Part shown: positions 40,101 to 49,670 of the stretch, one piece after another | Layout: each line of letters starts with the position of its first letter | How positions within the stretch are numbered: position 1 is the stretch's first letter | NCBI GenBank assembly: GCA_963778655.1 | Contig: CAVZVA010000009.1 | Location: 448,001-512,000 of the forward strand | Reading direction: 5' to 3' | DNA length: 64,000 bases | From: an uncultured delta proteobacterium | GTDB lineage: Bacteria; Myxococcota_A; Polyangia; Polyangiales; JAFGIB01 | Notes under the pieces: model-generated | What the model was told of the DNA's origin: nothing | Database searches by the model: none | Seen by the model: only the letters and a program-made list of their open reading frames with translations | Translations under genes and position numbers: made by a program

Positions 40101-41266
40101 AGCCGGCGGCGCTGATTCCGGTCTACGCCTGGCTGCAGGACGTGGACGGGATGGCGCGGGTGGCCGACCGGCTCGAGCTGCTCGCGCAGAGCGTGCCGTC
40201 GCTGCGCTACTATGCAAGCCTGGCGCGCTGGGCGCAGGGGCTCGTGCTCAGCGACGAGAGCACGAGTACGAACGCGGTGGCGATCGCGAGGCTCGAGCAG
40301 CGCGCGCCTCGCAGCTACATCGGCTGGGCGGCGCACATGGGCTTCACCGCGATGGGCTCGCGGTTTCTGGGCAACCACGACGTCGCCAGGCAGTTGTCCC
40401 GCACGGCAGCGGCGCATCTGACCGATGGCGATCGCGAGTACGTGACGCTGTTCTTGATGGTCGACATCGAGTGCGCGTGGAGCGAGGCCGCGCTGGGTCA
40501 CGTAGACCAGGCGATCCAGCAGCTCGACGCGCTGTTGCAACGGAACGAGGACAGCGGTCATCCACTGGCGCTCGGCCTGCTACACGAGGCGCGCGCCCTG
40601 ATCGCCCACCAGGCGGGCCGCACGGACTTGCTCGCGCACAGCGCGCACGAGGCCGAGCGCTGGCTGCGATCCACCGGCAACCCAGCCTTGATCGCCAGGT
40701 GCGAGCGGCTCGCGCGGCTGCAGGCACGGGGGCGTCCCGCTTCCGGACGACGGGAGGGCGTCGAGGTCGAGCGCTGGCTGGGCGTGCTTGCCGAGCAGGG
40801 CGACACCGAGCAGAGAGTGAGCCGGGCTTTGCAGCTCCTGCGTGAGGCTGCACGCGCGGAGGCCGTTGCATTCTACCGGCGCGAGGGCGACGGTTTCGAG
40901 CTCGAGCAGCAGAGTCCCGGCGAGGCGTTCTCCGCGGGCGAGTGCGCGGCGCTGCGCGTCGCTCTGGGCAGATTCGACCGCGGGCTGCGGACGCAGACCG
41001 CCGCCAGCGTCACGCGTACACAGCAAGGTATCGAGCTCTCGGCCGGAAGCAGTGAGGATGGTACGCGGCGCTGCGCCTACTTCGTGCTCGGCGAGGAGCA
41101 AGGAAGCATCGGTGTGGTGGGGGCGGTCGCGCTGAGCCTGGGTCGTGATGCCGGCGCTCCGCCTCCTGGTCTGCTCTCTGCCCTGGGCCGCAGCCTGGGC
41201 TGGGACGAGGCCACGGTTGTGGTGCCCACGCTCTCCGTGACCAAACGCTCCGGCACCGGCCCCTGA
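37112..41266 (+). CDS. Ser/Thr protein kinase fused to AAA/STAND-like ATPase and helical/TPR region
   Basis: GGMGVVY, ALK, HRDLSPRN, DFG, APE; Walker A GAAGTGRT, TAGNPL. Confidence 0.88.
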   Translation: MGRFSTESRQTRDLSVPSPSAHERVGRYRIKEQLAAGGMGVVYRAVDQLTGEECALKRIKPEALRSAHGIESFEREYQVLAGINHPRIIRVHDYGVDEAGPYYTMELVEGDDLRTLAPLDYRDACRYLRDVATSLALLHARRLLHRDLSPRNVRLTPDGHCRLLDFGALSEFGPSSLIVGTPPAIAPEAAQGAVLDQRTDLYALGALAYWLLTRQHAYPAKRIDELPELWQRLPEPPSSLVEGIPPQLDELVLSLLDQNPLARPASAAAVVARLSVIGELEAEDEEDLARLATSFLATPHLVGRSREMAELGARIELAVGGRGGAVAIEGAAGTGRTRLLEEVGVVAQLAGAHVLRVDAGMHRQPNGTARALVRQLLDTLPVSADTTARLSPAAIAQVGEIETRMRLRHSLPVPGTRADPSLAGGVSLESWLAEVSCSTPLLVEVDNVEYADDPSLGLLAALARGAGEQAVLIVVTHKPVDPAQRSVGLAALQAHCTPMALAALSEQETTELARSLFGDASNLARFAEFLYSRTAGNPLHCLEISRQLVAKRVIRYLEGNWALPAERPDATLSSALEGALAARLAALSDQSRQLAECLSLHRGELSTELCRRLVSKGADRELFALLDELARNDVLYSGEGGCRFSTTALQDALLAGMDDAAREQGHRRLGEALFGMIASDQHARRIQAGWHLLRGGEQTRGADLIAAVACDSVAVRLVFTDLHGAGAALEAALKVYRRQRRTVYQQLPLLSALAQAGYYEDRRWGELYGDQALDVLEDLSGLRAARSLRRFLGGFLGLVVGLGYAWLRFALAPRRDRGYGFGEILIQLFGAVTCLTAVAVLGLDAERARFVAGTLAPFAVLPERTTPVGIYQFCQSLRQIALENQAEAFETFERLLKRFGDPRYYPTLPQEARGIYLAGVHFARAVFATYRGDGRAALESADALDALDLKFYAMIASEMRFLYYMNRGDFQAAAQHRQQVDIHAAHVGSAWQVEQWEPAALIPVYAWLQDVDGMARVADRLELLAQSVPSLRYYASLARWAQGLVLSDESTSTNAVAIARLEQRAPRSYIGWAAHMGFTAMGSRFLGNHDVARQLSRTAAAHLTDGDREYVTLFLMVDIECAWSEAALGHVDQAIQQLDALLQRNEDSGHPLALGLLHEARALIAHQAGRTDLLAHSAHEAERWLRSTGNPALIARCERLARLQARGRPASGRREGVEVERWLGVLAEQGDTEQRVSRALQLLREAARAEAVAFYRREGDGFELEQQSPGEAFSAGECAALRVALGRFDRGLRTQTAASVTRTQQGIELSAGSSEDGTRRCAYFVLGEEQGSIGVVGAVALSLGRDAGAPPPGLLSALGRSLGWDEATVVVPTLSVTKRSGTGP

Positions 41267-41314
41267 GCCCGCGCGTGCCGCGGGCGGCTTTGCGCTTGCA
41301 AGATCGCGCGTGTC

Positions 41315-43765
<2,451 letters not shown>

Positions 43766-43795
43766 TCGCCCGCGCACACGCTGGCCGCGGTTGCG

Positions 43796-43876
43796 GATCA
43801 CAGGAAGGCGGGAAGACGGGAGGAGTCGGATGTGGGAAAGGCTTCGTGTGCTTGCCGTCTTCCCGCCTTCCGGTTT
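43796..43876. repeat. GGAAGRCG-octamer palindromic element, copy D
   Basis: GATCACAGGAAGGCGGGAAGACGGGAGG...CTTGCCGTCTTCCCGCCTTCCGG. Confidence 0.75.
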
Positions 43877-43937
43877 CATGGCCCAGGCATGCCCCCGGCG
43901 GCCCCACGCGCGCGCGCCGCGATGTAGACTCGCGGCC

Positions 43938-44420
43938 ATGAAGGCAAAGCTGGTTCGTTTCGGCGTGGCGATGGAGCCCGCGCTGCTCGCGCAGCTCGAC
44001 GGGCTCGCCCTGGCCCGCGGTTGCACCCGTTCCGAGCTGCTGCGCGACCTGGCCCGCGCGGAGGTCGCGCGCGCGGAGGTCGCGCGCGGGGTCGATGCGG
44101 TCGGCGCGCTCACCCTCGTCTACGACCATCACGTGCGCGACCTGAGCGAGAAGCTGACCGAGCTGCAGCACGACCTAGGCGAGATGGTGCGCTCGACGCT
44201 GCACGTGCACCTGAGCCACGACTATTGCCTGGAGGTGCTGGTGATGCGCGGCCGCTCCGACCAGCTCTCGGCGATCGCCGAGCGCATCCTGGCCACGCGT
44301 GGGGTCAAGCACGGCGGGATCGAGATCATCGCGGGCGTGCCCGAGCAGGCCAAGCTCGACACCCACCGCGCGCGAAGCAGAGCGCAACGCTCCGGGCGCC
44401 GCGCGCGAACGCGCGATTGA
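43938..44420 (+). CDS. nikR: Nickel-responsive transcriptional regulator
   Basis: RHH N-terminus (RFGVAM..RSELLRDL), VYDHH, LHVHLSHDYCLEV Ni ligands, GVKHG. Confidence 0.92.
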   Translation: MKAKLVRFGVAMEPALLAQLDGLALARGCTRSELLRDLARAEVARAEVARGVDAVGALTLVYDHHVRDLSEKLTELQHDLGEMVRSTLHVHLSHDYCLEVLVMRGRSDQLSAIAERILATRGVKHGGIEIIAGVPEQAKLDTHRARSRAQRSGRRARTRD

Positions 44421-44484
44421 TCCGGACGGGCTGGGCAAGGCCCGTGGCCCGCGCGGCCGACGCGGGGCTGCGCGCCGGCTCTGC

Positions 44485-44512
44485 GTAGCACGTTTTTGAA
44501 ATTTCGTGCTAT
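44485..44512. promoter_or_regulatory. Putative NikR operator (6-16-6 palindrome)
   Basis: GTAGCA-N16-TGCTAT with perfect TAGCACG/CGTGCTA arms and AT-rich spacer, 35 bp upstream of the TonB receptor ATG. Confidence 0.75.
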
Positions 44513-44547
44513 CGTGGGCGCCCGCTTCCGTGCTTGGATGCGGCCCG

Positions 44548-46974
44548 ATGAAAGCCCGCATATACGGCATCGTGGTGCTGGCCTGGGGCACAGCCGCGCT
44601 TGCGTCCGCGCCGCCGAGCACCCTCGCGCAGGAGGGCGGTGCCGACGCGAGGCCGGCAGGCATCCCCGATGCGGGTGCGGCTGAAGCCGAGGCCGGCGCC
44701 GGAGTCGCCGGCAAGACGGCGAGCTCGGATCTGCCGCTTCCCGGCTCCGCTTCGACCGCGCCGCCTGCCGCGCCCGCACCACCTGCCGCGCCCGCACCAC
44801 CTGCCGCGCCCGCACCACCTGCGGCGAGCACGGGGCTCTCGAGCCAGCAGCCACCGGCACGGGCCCGAGCGCGGCCCGAGGCCGAGTCGGCCTTTGGCGC
44901 CGCACCCATGCTGGTGCTCGGCAGGCGGCCGATCAGCGCGGCCTCGTCGCTGTCCGTGCGGGACCGCGACTTCTCCCTGCGTCCGATCGGCAGCGTGCAG
45001 GACATCCTGCGCGTTACGCCGGGGCTGGTGCTGGTGCAGCACTCCGGCGGCGGCAAGGCGAATCAGTACTTCCTGCGCGGATTCGACGCGGACCACGGCA
45101 CCGACATCGCCTTCTCGATCGATGGGGTGCCGATCAACATGGTCTCGCACGCCCACGGCCAAGGCTTCAGCGACACCAACTTCGTCATCCCCGAGGTGGT
45201 CGAACGCGTGGAAATCACCAAGGGCCCCTACTTTGCCAACCAGGGCGACTTCGCCACCGCCGGCGCCGTCAACCTGGTCTCGCGCGACGACTTCGCGCAG
45301 AGCTCGGTGGGCTTCGGCTTCGGCCAATCCCCCGGACATGGCGAGTCGAGCTACCGCGCGCTGGTGATCGCCAGCCCCAAGCTCGACTTCATGAAGGCGA
45401 GCTTGGCCGCCGAGCTCGGTCGTGCAAACGGCCCGTTCGAGCACCCGGACCGCTGGGACAAATTCAAGCTGTGGAACAAGCTGAGCTTCGCGCCGAGCGA
45501 GCGCTCGTCGCTGAGCATCGGCGAAATGAGCTACGCCTCGGACTGGCACGGCTCGGGCCAGATCCCCGCCCGCGCGGTCGAGCAGGGCCTAGTCTCGCGC
45601 TTCGGCTCGATCGACCCCGACGAGGGCGGCGACACCGGCCGCCATCAGCTCTACGCGCGGTACACGCTGCGGCCGAGCGGCAAGAGCCGGCTCACCGCGC
45701 TGGCCTATCTCGGCAGCTATCGCTTCAACCTGTTCTCGGACTTCACGCTGTTTCTGCGCGATCCCCAACAGGGCGACGAGATCGAGCAGATCGACCGGCG
45801 CGTGTTCTACGGGGGGAGCGCGAGCTACCGCGTCACGCACGTGGCCGGCGGGGCTCGCTTCGACACCACGCTCGGCGCAGACGTGCGCAGCGACGACATT
45901 CACGAGGAGTTGTGGGACACGGCGCAGCGCGTGCAGCTGAGCAACGTCCGCGACGACGACGTCCACGAGACCCTGGGCGGCGTGTTCGTCAACGAGGAGG
46001 TCACCCCGACCGACTGGCTGCGCTTCGACCTCGGGGGGCGCGCCGATCTGATTTCGTTTGCCGTCGACGACCGCTCGCCCGGGAGCGAGCCGACCGCGCC
46101 CCACAGCGGGATTGGCAGCGCGCACCAGCTCGGCCCCAAGGCCAGCTTGATCCTGACCCCGATTCAGGCCGACCAAGCGCAACTCGACCTCTATCTGAAC
46201 TATGGTCACGGCTTTCACAGCAATGACGTGCGCGGCGCGTTCGCCGACCCGCGGGTGACGCCGCTCGCGCGCGCGGTGGGGGAGGAGGCGGGGGCGCGCG
46301 CGCGCCTGCTCGGGCGCTGGGACCTCGCGCTCGCGTTCTGGCAGCTCGATTTGGCCAGCGAGACGGTATGGAGCGGCGACGAGGGCACCACCGAGGCCGC
46401 CGGCGCCACGCGCCGCCGCGGGGTCGAGATCGAGACGCGCTACGAGCTGACGCGCTGGCTGGCGGCCGACCTGGACCTTTCGTTCACCCACTCGGCGTTT
46501 CGGCGGAACGCGGGAAACGGCAACGGGCTGGCGCTCGCGCCCAAGCAGACTTGGTCGGGCGGCCTGTCCGCACGGCACGCGCTCGGCCCGGGCACGGGGC
46601 GGGCGGGCTTGCGCTTCTACGGCATCGGCGACCGGCCGGCCACCGACGATGGCGCTCTGCAGGCGCCCGGCTTCACGCAGGTCGATCTCCACCTCGGCTA
46701 TCGCTACCGGCGTTTCGATCTGGCGTTCGACGTCGAGAACCTGCTCGATGGTGCTTTCCGCAGCGCGCAGTTCGCGACCGTGGGGCGCCTGCGCAACGAG
46801 CCCGCGATCGGCGCGCCCGTGCCCGCGGGCTTCAGCTGCGGAAGCAGCGGCCGCCTCGCCAACGCACCGGACGGCAGTTCGGCGGACGGGCGCTTCTTCG
46901 GCTGCGAGGACGTGCACTTCACGCCGGCCTATCCGCTGACGCTGCGGCTGACCAGCACGTTCTTTCTCGACTGA
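44548..46974 (+). CDS. TonB-dependent receptor, probable nickel uptake
   Basis: QHSGGGKANQYFLRGFDADHGTD, SHAHGQG His-rich plug; downstream of nikR and its operator. Confidence 0.85.
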   Translation: MKARIYGIVVLAWGTAALASAPPSTLAQEGGADARPAGIPDAGAAEAEAGAGVAGKTASSDLPLPGSASTAPPAAPAPPAAPAPPAAPAPPAASTGLSSQQPPARARARPEAESAFGAAPMLVLGRRPISAASSLSVRDRDFSLRPIGSVQDILRVTPGLVLVQHSGGGKANQYFLRGFDADHGTDIAFSIDGVPINMVSHAHGQGFSDTNFVIPEVVERVEITKGPYFANQGDFATAGAVNLVSRDDFAQSSVGFGFGQSPGHGESSYRALVIASPKLDFMKASLAAELGRANGPFEHPDRWDKFKLWNKLSFAPSERSSLSIGEMSYASDWHGSGQIPARAVEQGLVSRFGSIDPDEGGDTGRHQLYARYTLRPSGKSRLTALAYLGSYRFNLFSDFTLFLRDPQQGDEIEQIDRRVFYGGSASYRVTHVAGGARFDTTLGADVRSDDIHEELWDTAQRVQLSNVRDDDVHETLGGVFVNEEVTPTDWLRFDLGGRADLISFAVDDRSPGSEPTAPHSGIGSAHQLGPKASLILTPIQADQAQLDLYLNYGHGFHSNDVRGAFADPRVTPLARAVGEEAGARARLLGRWDLALAFWQLDLASETVWSGDEGTTEAAGATRRRGVEIETRYELTRWLAADLDLSFTHSAFRRNAGNGNGLALAPKQTWSGGLSARHALGPGTGRAGLRFYGIGDRPATDDGALQAPGFTQVDLHLGYRYRRFDLAFDVENLLDGAFRSAQFATVGRLRNEPAIGAPVPAGFSCGSSGRLANAPDGSSADGRFFGCEDVHFTPAYPLTLRLTSTFFLD
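44761..44822 (+). repeat. 18-bp in-frame tandem repeat x3.4 (PPAAPA)
   Basis: CCRCCTGCCGCGCCCGCA units. Confidence 0.8.
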
Positions 46975-46985
46975 CGCCCGGGGCG

Positions 46986-49475
46986 CTACAAGCCCGGGCG
47001 CGCGTGGACGATGTCGATTCCTTCGACCTCGCCGAAGCCGTGGCAGGTCGCGCACGCTTCTTTGAGCTTGCTCGGGTCACCGCCGACGATCAGCGTTTGG
47101 GTGGCGACGTGCACCGCCGTTTGGTCGTCGTCGTGGCAGCCGGTGCATGCGGCCGCGGTCGGGCCCATGTAGGTGTCGCTGTTGTTCACGCGGGCCCCGC
47201 TCGAGTCGATCAAGGTCATGTGCGAGGGCACCAGCGGAGGCAGCGGCAGCGTGTAGTGCTTGGGCACGTGGCAGTTGGTGCAGTCGCGGCGGTCGCCCGG
47301 GAACCGCACTGTGGAGAAGTCGTGGCTGCCGATCTGAAACTCGTTGGACCCATCCACCCCGGTGTGAATGCGGTGGATCATGTGACTCAGCCGCAAGCTC
47401 GCCGTGAGCTTGGTATCGGGAGAGGCCGGCAGCGGGATGTTGGAGCTGTCCTTGTTGGCGTTGTGGCACATCACGCAGTACTCGGGGTCGTTGCGCAAGC
47501 CGCCGTGCGCCTGCAGGTCTTGGTGGCAGTTGTTGCAGTTCTCCACGACCACCGCCGTACGCCGCGGCACCGCCGTGGTGTCCGTGACCCCGAAATAGAA
47601 CACGCTGTTGTGCATCGGATAGGTCACGTCGATCTGCGTGTTCTTCGGGTCCGACGCCGTTTGCTTGAGGCGCGCTTCCATGCCCACCGCCCAACTGCCG
47701 GTCACGGGAATCGCGGGTGTGGGCAGAGCGGCGATCTGGGTGATCGTCATGTCCGGGGTCCAGGTGAAACGCCCCGGCGTTCCGCTCACGGCGGCGAGCG
47801 TCCCGGCAGCCGTGCCGCCCTGGACGACGAATTGGGTGTAGTTCACGTAGTCGGTGGTCGGACCGGCGAAGGTGAAGCGCAGCCGGTCGAGCGGGGTGGT
47901 CGTGATGTCGTAGCCCTGATCGTTGACCTTCACGTCGAAGGTGATCACGGGCGTGTCGCTCGGGCCGGTTCCGGTTACGCTCACGATCCCGCCGGTGAAC
48001 ACCGGCGCCGCCGACACGAACGAGCCGTCGCTGGCGTTGCGTAGGTCGAACTGCTGCGGGATGCGGTGCACCTTGGTGACGTCGGTCTCGAGGCTGGCGA
48101 CCGGTCCCATCCCCTCGCCGTGGCAGTTGACGCACAGCGTGTCGGTCGTCTGCTGCCCGCCGCTGTGGAGCTTCATGTAGGCCGGGTGGCTGTTCGTGAA
48201 CGCGATGTTGTCGTGGCACGAGCCGCATGCGGCGCGCGAGAAGGCGGTCTTCCAGCGGGCGCCGTCAGGACCCTTGTGACAGGTGTCGCAGTTCTCGATC
48301 GGCTGGGGGAACTGCACGTCGGAGAAATCGTGAATGGAGTCCCTGTAGCCGACGATCTCGTAGGTCCCGCCGTCCACCACGCTGGGCAGGCTGCTGCCGC
48401 GATGGATCTTGTGGATCATCTGCGCCATGTCGATGGTGTTGCCCGACTCGGGGTCGACCATGCCGCTCACGTGGCAGGTGATGCACAACCCCACCTCGCG
48501 GCGGCTGCCGCCGTGGGCCTGCAGGGTGTTGTGGCACCCGTTGCAGGCCGCGGTCGTGACGATCTCGCGTGTTTGGGTGACGTCCTGACCGTCCGGCCGG
48601 AAGTTGTACAGCGGGTTCGAGGCGTAGAGCGCGCCGTCGGTCGTCCGTGCTGCGTACACCGCGAGCGTGTGCGTCTTGGTCTGGTCGTAGTCCGAAGGCA
48701 GGGCGTTGTGGAAGCGATAGCTGTACTTGCCTTGCGTGGAGTCGATCTCGGTCCAGGTGCCGTTGCTTTCCGACGCCGGCTCGGTCGAGGCGTCGAGCAC
48801 CGGGGGGATGCCTCCGTCCAGCGTGTCTCCGGCCACGGTCGAGGTGTTGTACGGCACGTACTCGCCCACGCCCGTGTCCGAGCTCGAGAGGTAGGAAAGC
48901 ACGAAGCTGGCGCTGACCGGGTCCGGCGTGTAGACGCCGGTGCGATCCAGCGGATGGTGGGCAGCGTCTTCGATCGTGAGCTCGACGACCGGGTGAAGGT
49001 CCGAAGGAATCGTCACGCTGTCGATTGTGACCACCACACCGGGACCGACCACGTACGCGCTGCGTCCGCTACCCGTGACGCCGCCGTCGGCGCTGGTGCC
49101 GTTGGTGCCGTTGGTGCCGTTGGTGCCGTCCTTACCGTTGGTGCCGTTGGTGCCGTCCTTACCGTCGGTGCCGTTCTTGCCGTTGGTGCCGTTCGTGACC
49201 TTGGCGGTCGTGCCGTCGGCGCACTTGATGGTCTTGCTGCCGTCGCCGTTCGCGGTCACCGAGCAGGAGCCGCCGCCCGTGCCCGGGATGGTCACGCTCG
49301 TGCCGTCGTCACAAGTGATCGCGGTGCCGCCACCCCCGTCGGCAGGGCCGACCGTGCAGGAGCTGCCCGCCGCGCCCCGATCTCCCGAGCATGCGGCGAG
49401 GGTCGCGGCTCCGAGCACGATCAACGTGACGTGGACAGATCGGACGAAGCCCAGACGACGCGAGTACGAAGCCAT
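46986..49475 (-). CDS. OmcA/MtrC-family decaheme outer-surface c-type cytochrome lipoprotein
   Basis: Lipobox LAAC; 10 CxxCH in two blocks of five, each after a beta-domain; AHGGSRR, MIHKIH motifs. Confidence 0.88.
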   Translation of the reverse strand: MASYSRRLGFVRSVHVTLIVLGAATLAACSGDRGAAGSSCTVGPADGGGGTAITCDDGTSVTIPGTGGGSCSVTANGDGSKTIKCADGTTAKVTNGTNGKNGTDGKDGTNGTNGKDGTNGTNGTNGTSADGGVTGSGRSAYVVGPGVVVTIDSVTIPSDLHPVVELTIEDAAHHPLDRTGVYTPDPVSASFVLSYLSSSDTGVGEYVPYNTSTVAGDTLDGGIPPVLDASTEPASESNGTWTEIDSTQGKYSYRFHNALPSDYDQTKTHTLAVYAARTTDGALYASNPLYNFRPDGQDVTQTREIVTTAACNGCHNTLQAHGGSRREVGLCITCHVSGMVDPESGNTIDMAQMIHKIHRGSSLPSVVDGGTYEIVGYRDSIHDFSDVQFPQPIENCDTCHKGPDGARWKTAFSRAACGSCHDNIAFTNSHPAYMKLHSGGQQTTDTLCVNCHGEGMGPVASLETDVTKVHRIPQQFDLRNASDGSFVSAAPVFTGGIVSVTGTGPSDTPVITFDVKVNDQGYDITTTPLDRLRFTFAGPTTDYVNYTQFVVQGGTAAGTLAAVSGTPGRFTWTPDMTITQIAALPTPAIPVTGSWAVGMEARLKQTASDPKNTQIDVTYPMHNSVFYFGVTDTTAVPRRTAVVVENCNNCHQDLQAHGGLRNDPEYCVMCHNANKDSSNIPLPASPDTKLTASLRLSHMIHRIHTGVDGSNEFQIGSHDFSTVRFPGDRRDCTNCHVPKHYTLPLPPLVPSHMTLIDSSGARVNNSDTYMGPTAAACTGCHDDDQTAVHVATQTLIVGGDPSKLKEACATCHGFGEVEGIDIVHARPGL
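49091..49197 (-). repeat. 9-bp tandem repeats encoding collagen-like GTN/GKD triplets
   Basis: GTTGGTGCC-type units; about 11 Gly-X-Y triplets. Confidence 0.8.
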
Positions 49476-49628
49476 GTATCCTCCAAGCAGGGCCAGAGCG
49501 GAACGTAGGCGCGAGCATACGGGTTGCCCAGCGAGCTTTCACCTTCTTTTTCTGTTGCGAGGGGCTACCATGGTGACTTCTCGGGAATGTAGGCCGATGT
49601 CCGTGTGGCTTGGATCAGCGTTTTGAAT

Positions 49629-49642
49629 TTGATCGCACGCAA
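49629..49642. promoter_or_regulatory. Putative FNR/Crp-family box in the divergent cytochrome promoter
   Basis: TTGAT-CGCA-CGCAA versus consensus TTGAT-N4-ATCAA (8/10), within an AT-rich patch. Confidence 0.55.
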
Positions 49643-49670
49643 ACCGAAATCTTCCTGACCTATCTTCGTC

